Assembly (NCBI GenBank): GCA_964016885.1
Contig: OZ024750.1
Coordinates: forward strand, 49,476,001 to 49,540,000
Reading direction: 5' to 3'
DNA from: Eledone cirrhosa
Taxonomy: Eukaryota
Length of the DNA stretch: 64,000 bases
In this document: piece by piece, positions 21,082 through 37,509 of the stretch
Position numbering within the stretch: the stretch's first letter is position 1
Layout of the letters: each line of letters opens with the position of its first letter
The notes under the pieces: generated by a model
Seen by the model: the letters and a program-made list of their open reading frames with translations, nothing else
Database searches by the model: none
What the model was told of the DNA's origin: nothing
Position numbers and translations under genes: made by a program

Positions 21082-23133
21082 AATAACAGATTAAAGTTTA
21101 AGCAAATAATCGCTGCATTCACCCTTATCGGGATCTTCTGAAACTAACAAAGTCAATCTGTAAACGCGGAACTCGATATTTCAAAAAAACGTTCAAACCG
21201 GAAGAAGACAGGAAGACAATACTTTGGTTCGTGGAAACGTTCGCTGGCAAAGAACGGGAAAAAAAGAATATAATACGTCATTAATAGGAGCGGTGAAAAA
21301 CAATTACGCGCAAAGACAGAACCACGTTTATGGTATAAAAGAGGTCGTAGACTAATGTTCTCTTAGGTGGTGCATAGAGACATTCTCTAGAAATGAACGA
21401 AAAAAACGAAGATAATACGTCATATGTGGAGCGTGGAGAACAATAGCACGCAAAGACAAACCCACGTAAATGGTATAGCAGAAGTCGTAGACTAAAATTC
21501 TAACTAGGAGACCGAATGAATCTCCGCTACAGAGTTAAGAACAAAGTAAATAAATACAATACAGAAGTAATAGAAATAAATAAATACATACACGCAAACA
21601 AATACGTACATACACAAGCATACGCAAAAAACGTACCATAGGTAAACAAAACCAGGCACATATAAATATGTGTGTGTATGCGGGTATACAAATAAATAAA
21701 TAATTATATAAACGTATATAAATAAATAAATATGTATATAACAAGCGCACACGCATACCTACATGTAAATACACGAATGTTCGGAGACGTAAGTCAACCA
21801 AAATATGAAGTACACATATACACACGCCCTACATACGTACGAACCTGAATACTCATACAGACAAAACACCCGTATACACATAGCCGAACCATATGTACCA
21901 GAATATATAAAAAAATTATACGCCATAACAATCAAATGTACGTACGAGAAGGTATACATACCTTCACAAAACATACGGGTAATATATGCTTACTTATGAA
22001 AAGAAGTAAAGGTATAAACAAAACATATACTTAGCTCCCACATCAAGATGTAAAATATCCACGTATAGATCGTACTATCCGTTAGGGTAAAACGTGGGGC
22101 TGTAATACAGGAAAGTTTTGTGCAATTTATGTTTACAAGCCGAAATTGCCTCAGATTTTTTGATTAAGATGTGGTCTGTGGCGTAGAGTATTTCCAGGGC
22201 CTCAGCGGCGCAGAGGTCACATGGTCTTTTATTTCCGTTATAAGATCTAGCCCTAGCTCGGATCTCCCAGTGTAACTTATATTGGGTGTGGTTGTCTTTT
22301 AGACTCCAGATATAAGCTGAAAGTGACGTCATAATCATTCTTAGAGGGTAACGAAAAGAATGGGTATGCATGTAAAACGCTGCTTGAAACTACTGGCGGT
22401 TAACCCTATGTAGGCCCTTCGGGACGTGGGTGTTAAAACCTTACGTTTGTAGACAATGTTACTAGAGAGGCATTTCTCGGATAGGGGGCAATCAACCCGA
22501 TTCCTACAATTACAGTCGGTACTAACTACAGGGTTGCACGTGTTCCTACGGCTAGGTAGTTTAGCTAAATTTGAAGCTGTCATGTTATGTGCAAGGTTAG
22601 GAATCGTAGAGTAAGACATTTTAATAGTATTTCTATTAAACATTTTAATATATTTATGTGTAGGGGGAAATGCTTCGTAATAAGGGAAATAAAGATCTTA
22701 GCTAATGGTGTGGCCACCTCCATATTATATGGTGGGTTATACCATTTACGTGGTTTTGTATTTGCGTGCTATTGTTCTCTACGCTCCAGATATGACGTAT
22801 TATCTTCGGTTTTTTCGTTCGTTGCCAGAGAACAACTCTATGCGCCACCTAAGAGAACATTAGTCTACGACCTCTTTTATACCATAAACGTGGTTCTTTT
22901 TTTGCGCGTAATTGTTTTTCACCGCTTCTATTAATGACGTATTATATTCGTTCTTTCCCGTTCTTTGCCAGCGAACGTTTCCACAAACCAAAGTATCGTC
23001 TTCCTGTCTTCCTCCGGTTGCAACATTTTTTTGAAATATCCAGTTCCGCGTTTACAGATTGACTTTGTTAGTTTCAGAAGATCCCGTTAAGGGTGAAAGC
23101 AGCGATTATTTGCTTAAACTTTAATCTGTTATT
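21082..23133 (-). mobile_element. Decayed Penelope-like element with ~395-bp terminal inverted repeats
   Basis: Frameshifted GIY-YIG region 22075-22643 (KMSYSTIPNL, CNC..CPL..CL..NIVY..YIGLT..FKQRF, CDLC). 21082-21477 is inverted relative to 22738-23133. Confidence 0.85.
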
Positions 23134-24482
23134 CTAACTATGCTGGAAAGCATGGCGTCCGATCCTCTACCGATACTGCCAATGCACCGCCATATATATA
23201 TATAATATAAAATCAAAGGATGGTTAAAAGAGTTCCATGAATTGTATTATGCGCATTTCAAAAACAATTATCATCATGGGATGATATTGGCGTTCTCATC
23301 AGATAAGATAGGGATACAGGATACGAAGCTTAAAAAACACTTGCGAGCTGTGAAGTGTTAAATCAACATATGAAAAATAAGATAATAGCGATATAAGAGA
23401 TTGGAAAAAAGGAAAGGAAGAGGGGAAAGGAAAGGTAAGGAAGGGGAAGAAAAAATATAGATAGAAGAAAACATATAATAATAAGGAAAGGATGACGGAG
23501 TAGGAGTATAAGAAGGAAGGATGAGAGAGGATGAGAACATGAGTGATAGAGAGAGATAACCTTTAATACTGAGAAACACTCACAGAGAAAAATCAAAAAA
23601 AATCCGTTGTAAGATAATACATAATTTAAAAAAAAAAAGAAATTAAAAGTTAATGAGGTTTATGAATGGTGATGCTTATGATTAAACAAAAAGGAATTAA
23701 GAATACTATTTATTTAAGGTTAATATTTTGAAGAGTTTAATAAGATGTGCGAAAAGGAATTTATTAAAATGTATTATTAAAATAAAATATATTAAGTATA
23801 TAAGGTGAATGGAGTTAAGGTTAAATGAATTATGAACTTAGAGGAATTAATTAGGGTCCAAATTTGTTTCTATATATTGTGATAAGAAAAAGTAAATAAT
23901 AGATTTAATACGAGCATGGAAGGAGAGAAGAAACAAAAAAGTTCAAGGATGAAACAATATATAACGTCAAAAAAAATATGTTTACAAAATTTCTCTAATG
24001 GTAATATTAGTATATATTAAAAATAAAAATGTGTATGGCCGACAATATACGGAAAATGCTAAAGTGAGTTATAAGATGAATTAAGAAGTAATTGAGAAGT
24101 AAAAATTGTAGATTAAAGATTAGAAATTAAAAAAAGAAGGAAATTAGGGGACCACTAACGACATAGTATGAGAGATATTGTATAATATACTGAAATAACC
24201 GCTCTGTTTAATCAGTTCCTGATTATTACTAGAATTCAATAAGAATCAAACATTCATAATTTTCAGCAAACAGGTGGAGTAGCTAGCTTTGATAAGTACC
24301 AAAAAGTACGAAACATCTATGTCAGCTTTATCTCCCCTGTTTGCTGAATATTAAAGTGAGACTGTCACTACTCTAAAACAATAGCGTAAGGTCTTCGAAA
24401 TGCTTTTAATTAAGCATACAGTGTATTGCAAAATACACTATATATACATTCATATATATATATCGCTATTTCAGAGCACCAA

Positions 24483-24515
<33 letters not shown>

Positions 24516-24696
24516 TACACTCATATATATGTCTATACACACGTATATATACTGTAAATATTCCACAGCTTTATCTCCCTTGTTTGCTGAAAATTTAAGC
24601 GAGACTGTCACTACTCTAAAACAATAGCGTGAGGTCTTCGAAATGCTTATAATTAAGCATACATTGTATTGCAAAATACACTGTATATACATTCAT

Positions 24697-24727
<31 letters not shown>

Positions 24728-24978
24728 GATATAGATAGGTAAATATACACGGGTGTGTATGATTGTGTATAGAAGATTATATTAATAAGAGGAATTCCAA
24801 CTTTGTCTGATTTACTCGTTTTATTTACAATCCTTTAAAATATATATAATGGTATTATAATGAAATAGTATGATATATCATATTATTACATTATAATACC
24901 ATTATATATATTTTAAAGGATTGTAAAGGATTGTAAATAAAACGAGTAAATCAGATAAAGTTGGAATTCCTCTTATTA

Positions 24979-25066
<88 letters not shown>

Positions 25067-25405
25067 ATATTTGGGGAGGGTCATATTTGCGTAATATTGC
25101 CAGAATTAATAACAGAACACACTCACTGTTTGGTTGGTTTTCGCTTCTCGCTGTCTTTTATATCTGCGATCTAACTTACTCGGTCCTCAATGTTGCCATT
25201 GACTGACCGGCGGTCAAAAATAATACAGATACAATATAGACACAAACACATATATATAGTTTACATAATTTACATAAGTCTTTCGTTGCACATCTGCAAC
25301 ATCGTCAGTGGTGTTATATTCATTGTTCCTCCTGTTGTGTTGTATGTATACGCCATTTTTTGTTCAGTCTGTCTATATATTTATTTATTTATTTCTATAT
25401 ATTTA

Positions 25406-25438
<33 letters not shown>

Positions 25439-25636
25439 CATAAAACATGTCTATAGAATCATAAGATAAAATATATATTGTTTTAGTACTAAACAGTTTT
25501 TAAGAGATCATAAAGAATATATACCAAATATATATTTTATCTTATGATTCTATTGACATGTTTTATGATATATAGCTCTGATTATTTAATTTATTAAATT
25601 TTCATTGAGCCACAAAGTGACCCGTCGCAAAACACG

Positions 25637-25675
<39 letters not shown>

Positions 25676-26337
25676 GTAAACTTTTATATGTAATAATCTC
25701 CCATTAGGTTGAGATACACAATTGGCTGTATTGTGCTGTGCTTTCTAGCAAAAAAGCTACCAGCCGTAAGCAACTACCACACCTCTTCCAACCTGACCAC
25801 GACTACGTCACAATTCTTAGCCATTTTGAATGAATTCTTAGCGCGATCACTTTGGAAAATTTAGTGTCTAGATCAGAGCAAATCTCCTGATGAATCTGAT
25901 GCTCGAGTTATATAATTATTACATAATTATTGGAAATCTCAAAATGCGGACGAATCCATGGTAGAGGTATTTAAATGTATTCTATTTTCTCCTAGTTTAT
26001 TTTACACCTAATTCTGTTTAATTGACTGTATCTGGGCGATTACGCTATGGAAATATTCGATAAATATTCCGTTGCGGCCGACGAGAAGGGCTAGTTTCGG
26101 TTATTTGTTGGAGATTTCTTCATAGAAGCCTCATTCTTATAGCCTGGTCTATTCGATTTTTTATATAGTTAACCATGCTAATTGGGAGAGGAAATGGTAT
26201 ACATTTTATCTTATGATTCTATAGACATGTTTTATGATATATAGCTCTGATTATTTAATTTATTAAATGTTCATTGAGCCACAAAGTGACCCGTTGTAAA
26301 ACACGTATATGTATATATATGTATATATATATGTAAA

Positions 26338-26405
<68 letters not shown>

Positions 26406-26466
26406 AATGTATATATAGTGTATTTTGCAATACACTGTATGCTTAATTAAAAGCATATATATATAA

Positions 26467-26521
<55 letters not shown>

Positions 26522-26600
26522 TATGTATATATATATGTATATATATATACATATACATATGTATGTATATAACGTACTTACATATATGTACATATATGTG

Positions 26601-26655
<55 letters not shown>

Positions 26656-27276
26656 ATGTGTGTGTGTGTCAGTATGCGTGTGAGTGTGTGTGTGTATGTA
26701 TATATTCTAATCATTAATATGCGCCATTCAACCATTACTATGTAATTTCATATTTTGTTTTCTTTTCAGATTTTTCCAAAATTTTAATTGAATATATTCT
26801 TTATGATCTCGTAAAAACTGTTTAGTACGAAAAAAATATATTATATCACATTAAGTTTTCTTGGATTATTTATGTGAAGAACAATAACACAACAGCGTAT
26901 ATAAACAAACATGTAATCAATGTGGGAGGCAGAAATTATTGGTATTAACATATTATGGTAAAGTCTCAAAAAATATATACATAAGATTTATCTTTAGGTA
27001 AAGTAAATTCCATGAATGTAATATACTTTTCTTCAAAAGCAGGTATCGACATACTGGATATCGAATATCCATTTGAAAATAACATAATATTGGTAATCGA
27101 ATGGTTTCCAACTACTTCGAAATGACGTAAAATATATTCTTGCTGCTTTCATGCATATTCAAACAACGGATGAAGTATGTTCACAGTGCATAAGTATTGA
27201 TGGGTATATATATATATGCGTGTGTGTATATATATATATATATATGCCTATATATATATATATATATGGGTGTGTG

Positions 27277-27317
<41 letters not shown>

Positions 27318-27377
27318 ATGCCTATATATATATATACCTATATATATATACATATATATATATATACATATATATAC

Positions 27378-27426
<49 letters not shown>

Positions 27427-27869
27427 CGCACACACACACTCATATATATATATATGGTTGTGCGTTTTCATATACATGTATATATGGACATATATGTATA
27501 TATTTATATGATGTTTGTTTGTGTGTGTGGTGTGTGTTATGTGTGTGGCGTGCGTGTGTGGGTGGTTTGGTCTGTGTGTGGTGCGTATGTTGAGCAATGA
27601 CATCAAAAGTCGAAGATTAATGCTTAATCGGAACTTCCTCTTTTGTTTTCATTGTTCAACACATACACATGTATTTTGACATACACACATATATATTGAC
27701 ATAGACATATATATTGACACATACATATATTTACAAGTAAGTTTGTTTTTTGAATAAGCAACGAGGTTTGAAATAGAAGGAGAACGTTTGGCCATTTTTT
27801 TTTTTTACTAAAGAAATTTTCGCCTGGTAGTTAGAAAATGTTATAAGTAATGAACAAAATGCGTATAAA

Positions 27870-27938
27870 TGTACATGGGATTCGAACCTACATCTTTCGT
27901 TATGCAGACCACTGTGCTACCATTACACCAACAAATCA
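27870..27938 (-). pseudogene. Degenerate tRNA-like sequence (tRNA pseudogene or SINE head)
   Basis: Minus strand reads A-box tggtgtaatggtagca and B-box ggttcgaatcc. Acceptor and anticodon stems pair poorly. Confidence 0.55.
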
Positions 27939-28543
27939 CCCCCGTCATTCCATTCAAATTAGGAGTTACATTGTTAGCAAGTACAATTAAAATATCTATC
28001 TCGCACACGTATAGCAACTGCGGACAAATGCTTACTGGTTCACGAAGGGAATAACTTATTATGACCGGTAACATATCAATGGAAATTTACATCTTGTTTG
28101 GATTTTTTTCTGAAGAGAACATGTAGGGCAGAGGTTATACAACAGCCATACTTCTTTGAAATACGTATAACACACCAAATAAGAATGTACAAATGAAACC
28201 GGCATTCTTGTTTATTATTATAAGTATAATGCTAAATAAGTTCGCAAGGATTTTAAACTCAACTGTCAGGCTAAAATTCCTTTAGTAAAAAAAAATACGG
28301 CGGAGGCTTTTAGCCCTAGATTCCTATGGCTTTCTTATGGTCAGAAATATATTCTCTTACAACTAATACAGTGCGATAAAATATGCACACTCGACTTTTC
28401 CCTTCACAGCTCTGTATACACACATACACGCCCTTATATTAACATACTTTTGCTCATAGCTTCGTAATTACATGTACACACGCAATCTTTTGCTTCCATA
28501 TACACACACACATTACTTATTAGCTTCATACGGACGTGTAATA

Positions 28544-28602
<59 letters not shown>

Positions 28603-28980
28603 AATTCGCACGCGCACAAGTAGGGCACTTTTTCCCAAATGCTTTTTTTCCATTTCATGTAGACGCGCTCCATCATCCACTTTTCTAAAAAAAAAATCAT
28701 ACACAAAACGCCAGCATCTACAGTTTTCCAGGAAATGTAATCATGAATGGATCTGTCATTTTTATCTAAAGACATTTTTTCCAATTACAACCCACCCCTC
28801 CCTTCAATCTATCTTAGTTCTCATTCTTTCTTATGATGAAGGACTAACGTCCGAAAAGTTAATACTCTCTTCCTGCTATTTCAAGCTTAACCTAATATAT
28901 CCTTCCATATAATCTATCGATCGTGTTGTTATTTCTGTTTACCTTTTACATACACGCACAGAGACACACACACACACGCA

Positions 28981-29076
<96 letters not shown>

Positions 29077-29611
29077 CCTCTATGAGTACTGCGACGTACT
29101 TGTTTCTCATCTACCCCAATAATTTCCCTGATTTACATTAGACACGATATCTTACTTTCTTCTTATATATATGACGTCACTAGCCCTGTCTCCATGTGTG
29201 TTTATTAATTCAATTCCACATGAGGTTTGACTAAACTGCTTTTAAATTCCACTCTGGCATCTTTTAGCTGTGATTCTTAGTTAACGTATTGGGCACTACT
29301 GACGAACGACTCCAACCGTCACTAACCCCACTGAAAAGTTACGTGAAATAGTCTTTTTACGACTATAAGTGCATTTGTAGATTTTTCCAAATTGACGGAT
29401 AAGTATTTACTCTTAATTTTATTTTGAGTTAAGATTCTATTGGTTTTCTTTTCTCGGATTACACAAAATCTATGGATAACATTTCTGGTCTCTTGACTTG
29501 TTTTGAAATGGGATTAAATTATTTTCCCATATCTTACGTTAAATATTGTTCATCTTGACGTAATACTCACTTATATGTCTGAATTACTGTTGCTTACATT
29601 AATTTCTCTAT

Positions 29612-29718
<107 letters not shown>

Positions 29719-29927
29719 AAAACGTATGACCCCGACGACAGAGCTCAAGCCGTTTTGGCGGCTATTACTGGACAGAAATAGTCCAGAAATAGTCCAGAAA
29801 TAGCCGTCGTAAAGGCTTGAGCTCTGCCGTCGGGGTAATACTTTTTCCAATTACCCACGCTACTACCCTAAATATTGAGCACTCTGGTGCATTATGGTCC
29901 ATCAGGTTCCTTACCACAACTCGTTCG

Positions 29928-30029
<102 letters not shown>

Positions 30030-30430
30030 GTCTATGTATATATGTATATATGTATGTATCTATGTATATATGTATATATGTATGTATCTATGTATATATG
30101 TGTATATGTAGGTATGTAGGTATGAATGTATCGGAAAAATGAAAATGTTGTAAAACGTTGTTGCAATGAAGATATATCTCAGTTTAAATTCGTCTGAAAA
30201 TTCCAAACTTAATTCGTTAATCGATAAGAAGAATTAAAGAGATAAGTACAAGACAATTTAGTCGAGGATAAGAAAAGAAAGCACACGAGAAGAAACGTGG
30301 GGGAACAGATGCGTGTAGTTAATGAGATACCTTCGAAAAATAGATCTTTGAATGAGCCTGTTGTATCGATTGGTAGAAGAAGATATTCATATATAGATAT
30401 AGATAGATAGATGTATATATATATACAACT

Positions 30431-32206
30431 ATGGATAGAAATAGTAAGGTACTCAACTTTCTAGATGCCACACTAGATCTAGATAAGTTAGAATATGCAC
30501 CGTACCATAAACCTAACGAAAGGCTGACATACGTCAATGCCAGCTCCAACCACCCAGGCTCAGTCCTCAAAGCAATAGTTAAAGGAGTATCTAGTTGGAT
30601 TAGCGGACTATCTAGCAGCGTGACCGCATTTGAAGCGAACGCGGAATATTACAACAAGGCGCTAGCTGGGTCAGGGCACAAAGATAAACTCCACTATGTT
30701 GAGACAGGCGGCACCACCCCGCCACCCCAACCCAGCACTCTAATCACGCACAATATGTCCATGGGAGTTGGAAGGAGAGCTAGAAAGACGAATTGGCCTA
30801 GGAGACTCGAGACCAAGCACATACCACTGGGAGCACAGCAACCACACCTGGTAGAACCCGCAATAATATAGACTATCAAGCTATCGTACTCTACAACCCC
30901 TAATCTGGCCTCACACCTAGCTAAGACCAGTAAGAGTAAGATTAAAGAGGGACTTAAGGCCATCCGAAATAGTGAACCACGCCAGTACACACGACAACAC
31001 GGGACCAACCCACTGAGTGAAAGACCCAGGGGATAATAGACAATAGAACCGGTCCCACTAGGCAGCCCCTCGGCCGCTTGGAGGGACATGCACCCCTGAT
31101 TGAGGGGCATGACCCTACTAAAAAGTGTAATTGCAGAAGGAAGGACAAATGCCCACTAGCTGGACACTGCCTTATTAGGAACGTGGTATATGCTTGTAAC
31201 GTAACCACAGGCACGTTTACTAAGATGTATGTGGGATCAACCGCTAACGAGTTCAAGACGAGGTTCAACGCCCACCAGCATAGCTTCCGATATGAGAAGC
31301 TTAAAAATACCACGTCGTTAGCGGGGCATATACATAGCTTAAAACAAACAAAAACCCCCTACACACTAAGCTGGAGATGCCTTACTAAAGTTCCTCCATA
31401 TAGCTCGTTAAGCAGGTGTTGTAGCCTGTGCCTATCTGAATCTCATGCCATAGTATTCTCAGGACTCAACTTGCTCAACAGGAGATCAGAAATCTTCTCG
31501 TCCTGCCCCCATACCATACTTAGCTCTTTCTTTTTCTTCAGACCAGACACATGGCCCTGACACCACCCAGTCCTGCACTTGGCGGCCCCGCTGGCGAACA
31601 GGGTGCTCTTTAGTAACCCCGGCCGCATGGATGCCTCGGCTCCCCGATTACGATGGGGACTCTGGTGAGGAACAGACGACCCTGTGTCCCACTTGCCAAC
31701 CTGGCATTGGTGGCAACATTGTTGCTGGGCACCCTTTTCTCTAGAAGGAATTTCATAGGCAACTTTATATATTTTTTAGGGAAACTTTATATTTTTATTT
31801 TTTATTTTATTAGCGTCTTAATTTCTTCTAGTCTAGTAGGTTTATTGGAGACTGTATGCTTTATGCACTTATTGAGGGATTTTCTAAGGTGCTTCTACGG
31901 GACCCCAATTCTTTTAGTTTACTGTTAATGCGTAAATTATATATTATCTAATTTTTTAACTTCAATCCCTGACCCCGACAACTGATATAAAAGAGCCCCC
32001 TTAGAATATAGACCCCAACTATACAAGCGGAGTTGCTGATGTATACCACAATTTCAAACTGCTAGCCTTAAGTGATACGTTGATGTAAATAATGATCTTA
32101 CAATCACATGTTATATGCCTTGAAAAGTCCCACCATGTGGTCGGACGAAACAGCTGTCGGCAATAAACTTGTTATAATGTCATAATAGTTCCCTTGTTCT
32201 TTTTCA

Positions 32207-32210
<4 letters not shown>
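30431..32210 (+). mobile_element. 5'-truncated Penelope-like element (RT C-terminus + GIY-YIG + 3' repeat)
   Basis: LNFLDATLDL..PYHKPN..YVNASSNHP; CNC..CPLAGHCL..VVYAC..YVGST..FKTRF; hammerhead motif at 32117. Confidence 0.9.
32117..32161 (+). ncRNA. Type I hammerhead ribozyme, U3:A8 core variant
   Basis: gcc-TTGAAAA-gtcc..ggac-GAAA-cagctg-TC-ggc. Confidence 0.72.
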
Positions 32211-32267
<57 letters not shown>

Positions 32268-32443
32268 CTTACTTACTAATTAGTAAGTAAGTTAATTTTA
32301 AAAATCTTCTTATTTTACGTCTTTCATATAATTGTTCTGCATCCCCTTGCATAGAACCACAAAGTTACTAAGACATAACATATATATTTGGTAGCATAGG
32401 TATACATCTGTATACATATGTTGGTAGATATACTAATTATTTA

Positions 32444-32496
<53 letters not shown>

Positions 32497-32506
32497 ATGT
32501 GTGTGC

Positions 32507-32553
<47 letters not shown>

Positions 32554-33110
32554 CATGTGTATGTCTGTGTGTGTGTATGTGTGTGTGTGTGCGCATTTGT
32601 TGTATATATTTTGCAAGATTTCTTTTGTGAAAACATGTGTTTAGAGGATCATGGTGCCAATAAAAACAGTCGCATCTGTTCTGGGGAAAGATATGACTTT
32701 TATTTCAATGTTCATTTGTGTATCACCATGTTACGTTCTGGTATGGGAGTGGAGTACTAATGATTTTTTTTCTATCTTCGAACACTCCTTAATAGAAATG
32801 ATAAAAGAAAAGACGCAAAACTCCGACGGATTAAATCCAACCATAAGGAAACAGAAAACATGAATGGACAAGCGACATCCTCACTACTAGTAAGTAGGGA
32901 CAAGACAAATAGATACAGAGATACATGAGAACTAAACGAATAAAACAAACCAGACACACACAGCTAGATCAAGTAACCAACAAGGGAGAAGTAAATACAC
33001 GATAAATAAATAAATTAAAAAAAACAGACAAAAACAGCCACACAAACCCGGTAGTGTAGTGGCAGCCACAAAAAACAAGATAGTGTAGTGGCAGCTCAAC
33101 CCCTTCTGAG

Positions 33111-33165
<55 letters not shown>

Positions 33166-33296
33166 AGAGTGAGAAAGTGAGTGAGAGAGAGTGAGAGAGA
33201 GACATATATATAGAGACAGATATAGAGAGAGGGAGTGAGAGAGAGAGAACGAGAGAGTGAAAGAGAGAGAGAGAGCGAGAGAGAGAGAAATAGAGA

Positions 33297-33351
<55 letters not shown>

Positions 33352-33995
33352 GTCGGCAGTCAAAACGATGGCTTGATAATGTCAACCTATGAACTGGACT
33401 TGATCCTTGCTGTTTAAATCCTGTTGTCGGTGATCAAACATTGTGGAGACAAATATCTCATGTTGAGGTGCCGTCTGCAACTGGCAGAGATTCGCATGAA
33501 AGTAGTAGTGTGTGTGTATGAATATTTATAAGATTGCTTTTCCTAATGTCCTAGGACATCCATCATGATTTAAAACGAAGATACAGTTATAATATCTGTA
33601 GATTTGAAATATATATATATATATATATATATAGTGTTATACTTGGGGAGGGTCATATTTGTGTAATATTGCCAGAATTAATAACAGAACACACTCACTG
33701 TTTGGTTGGTTTTCGCTCTTCGCTTCTGTGTCTTTTATATCGGTAAACTAATGTAATATAATTTACTCGGTCCTCAATGTTGCCATTGACTGACCAACGG
33801 TCAAAAATAATACAGATACAATATAGACACAAACACATATATATAGTTTATCATAAATCTTTCGTTGCACATCTGCAACATCGTCAGTGGTGCTATTGTT
33901 TCCTCCCGTTGCATTGTATGTCTACGCCATTTTTTATTTAGTCCGTCTATATATTTATTTCATATAAAAAACCTCGCAAAACTAATTCATCGCCG

Positions 33996-34086
<91 letters not shown>

Positions 34087-34135
34087 GATTCCTGATGATT
34101 TCTAAAGAATGAAACAGTTCTAGTCCTGTAGAATC
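34087..34135 (+). ncRNA. Type I hammerhead ribozyme motif
   Basis: gattc-CTGATGA-tttctaaagaat-GAAA-cag..ctg-TA-gaatc. Confidence 0.68.
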
Positions 34136-35099
34136 CCATCTATATTAAAACTATATATATATATATATATATATATACTGCACATATTATTAAACACTGC
34201 ATAAATATACACTCTTTAAATCTAAGCTTACTCTCAAGATAGAGTCTGAAAACTACTATGATCTATTATATCATTGTTTATGCTATAAAAACATCTTTTA
34301 TATTCAGTTCTGTTTCCATACTGAGTATTTGAGACAAAGTTCTATGCACTGAACATTTATGACTGCAGATATTATGTAAATATATTTATTAATTAAATAT
34401 GAAAATATTGAAGAATATTGAAAAAAATATACTTTAGTATGATACTATAACACGAAGTTGAACTATTATATAGTAAAGAAAATGTCAAAGAAACCTTGCT
34501 CGTCTGAATACGAATGAATTACCATGTAAAGAATAGATCTTAAGAATGTTTGTTTCTTGAATGATGACATTTAAATGTAATAAACAGCAGGTATACGTTT
34601 TTCTTCTTTACCGATCTTTTAACGTTGAAGCCATCTTAAAATCTTATTATTTTCATCTGTGTTATGTCAGATATCACTTTTAGAACTAAAAAAATATGAG
34701 AAAGTTTTACATGAATTCACCATTATATGTTTTAAAAAAGAACTGAACATTAAAGAAGAATAACACATTGCAGTACATATGCGTATTTCACATTTATTAA
34801 ATAAAATGTATACCCATTAAACTAAGTGATAGAAATATATGATGGCATGTCTTGTCGAAAAACCAGTAATACATATAAGATTATGTAATATATTTCAGAT
34901 ACAAGGCTTTCATATGTTGGGGAAGGGAGGTGGATCCCTTACATTAGTGATAACTACCGTTAAACACTAAATTTTATTTCGTGTGATTTACACTAATGGA
35001 AAAGCTCTGAATCCTGAAAAAATAAGTTTATTGAACTCGTATTAATAAGAAGTATTTCATCTGACAGCCTTCACATATATCCAGTAGTGAGATATCAAA

Positions 35100-35370
35100 T
35101 ATTATATATTGCCGCGAGTGTTATAATTAGGTTTGGGGTTAACATTAACAACGTACAGTGTAGGAAGATGTGTAAGTATATCACACGGGTGTATGTGGTT
35201 TTCCGTAAAATATACATAGGTGTCAATGTAAGAAGCTTAACTATGAGAAGGCGTCTGTTAAAATAGATCAGACAGGGGTCGGGAGGACCATAATTCAATT
35301 ATTTTAATAAGATATTTTCTATATAGTCTGGAGTAGTTAAAAATGTATTTTTTATGTACTGATTTCAATA
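35100..35370 (-). mobile_element. Highly degenerate Penelope-like RT fragment
   Basis: 'ILRKTTYTRVIYLH' resembles the YRKPTHT..YLH motif. Confidence 0.35.
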
Positions 35371-36306
35371 GAAATATCCACTTCTTGCATGTTACACACA
35401 CACATACATACATACACACATGAATATATATACATACACACATCCACCCACACACACACAATGCTTCCAGATCGGTTATGTATGTGTATATATGTATATA
35501 TATATGATTGCATTATTTATTTTGTTAGACCTGTTTAGCTTGACTTGTTTTTTGGCTTTGGTGGTTAATGCCTTCTTGACCACTTTTTCAGTTTGTATGG
35601 CGTTTTAACATATATGTCTCGTTCTGTTTTTTTAACTATAGAGCGCTTGGCAGCATAACTCTGAATTTGCGTTACGTTTCGCTTTTCCGACCCACCGAAA
35701 TGCCATTCTCGCTCAATTTATATTTGTATTAATCTCCCGAGTCTTACAATTAACCTGTTAATAATTCTATTGACGGATTAATTGCATAAGTTTATTTTAA
35801 AACTACCCAGTTGAGTGCTTATTCGATTTGTGCTATTTATGCAATTTTTAGCATGATATACACATACTGAATTCATTTGCCAAAATCTGGGGTTTTCCCC
35901 TTGTGAATTACACACGTGCTTTTGCAAGGCTCTACGTCATTGAAAAAGTTGGTACAGAGAAAAAATAACTGTTGATAACGTGATATTCCTTGTTCGATCA
36001 TTATACCAAAAGCTAATAGTTTTAAGCAGACATTGATTTACGGGTCATAGAAACCCTGTATTTGGATTTTACCATCAATTCCAATGGGTGCAGGTTTGTT
36101 TTTATCATTTATTTTGTTTGACTTGTTTAGCTTGATTTGTTCTTTGGCTTAGGTGGTTAATGCCTTCTTGACCACTTTTTCAGTTTGTATGGCGTTTTAA
36201 CATATTGTTTACTCTGGTATTTTAACTATTGAGCGCTTGCCAGCATAATCCTGATTTTGCGTTTCGTTTCGCTTTTTTCTACCTACCGAAATGCGATTCT
36301 CGCTCA

Positions 36307-36378
<72 letters not shown>

Positions 36379-36881
36379 GGAGTAATTACGTATCGAGAGA
36401 GAGAGAAAAAAAGGAGGGATAGGTGATACATGTAGTTATTTGCCAAATAGCGTTTGCAGAAGGTGCTCAATACTAGTGCCGGCAGTATTAAATATTAGAA
36501 GTGTTAATATTTAGTGGGCGAGAGAGTTAGCAGAGCATAGGCACGTGGAACAGTAAGAGGTCGGAGAACAGACTGTTAATACATGTTAGACCCATGAAAG
36601 ACCCATCCGAGCGAAACGTACGTAGGTGTTGTTTTAAATATACATACAATAACGGCCCCGTTCTCCGATTTTTTTGATTTTTCCACGTATATATATATAT
36701 ATATATATATATAAACGGATAGTTTATACAATTTCTTTCATCACACACCTGCGACCTCATCGGTGGTAATATTATGTTTTCTCCTGTTGTATCTAAATGT
36801 CTATTTCACTTTTATTTTGATCATGTCTGATGATGACACAGGTATGTGATGAAAGAACCTTGATAGTCTATATATAAATAG

Positions 36882-36985
<104 letters not shown>

Positions 36986-36997
36986 ATATATAAATAG

Positions 36998-37083
<86 letters not shown>

Positions 37084-37314
37084 CTATTTATATATATATA
37101 CATATATATAAAAACATTCGTCCATCAATGATAAACATTAATTGCTATGCCAGCTTAATTAACTAAAGGGATATAAGATATACAGAAGCGAAAACCAACC
37201 CCAGAAAATATTGAATGTTTTATTATATATTTTGGCAATATTATAACAATATGACCATCCCCAAATACAGCAATATATACACACATAAACACACATCCAC
37301 AGACACACACACAC

Positions 37315-37384
<70 letters not shown>

Positions 37385-37475
37385 GCAATATTATAACAAT
37401 ATGACCATCCCCAAATACAGCAATATATACACACATAAACACACATCCACAGACACACACACACACACCCACACC

Positions 37476-37509
<34 letters not shown>

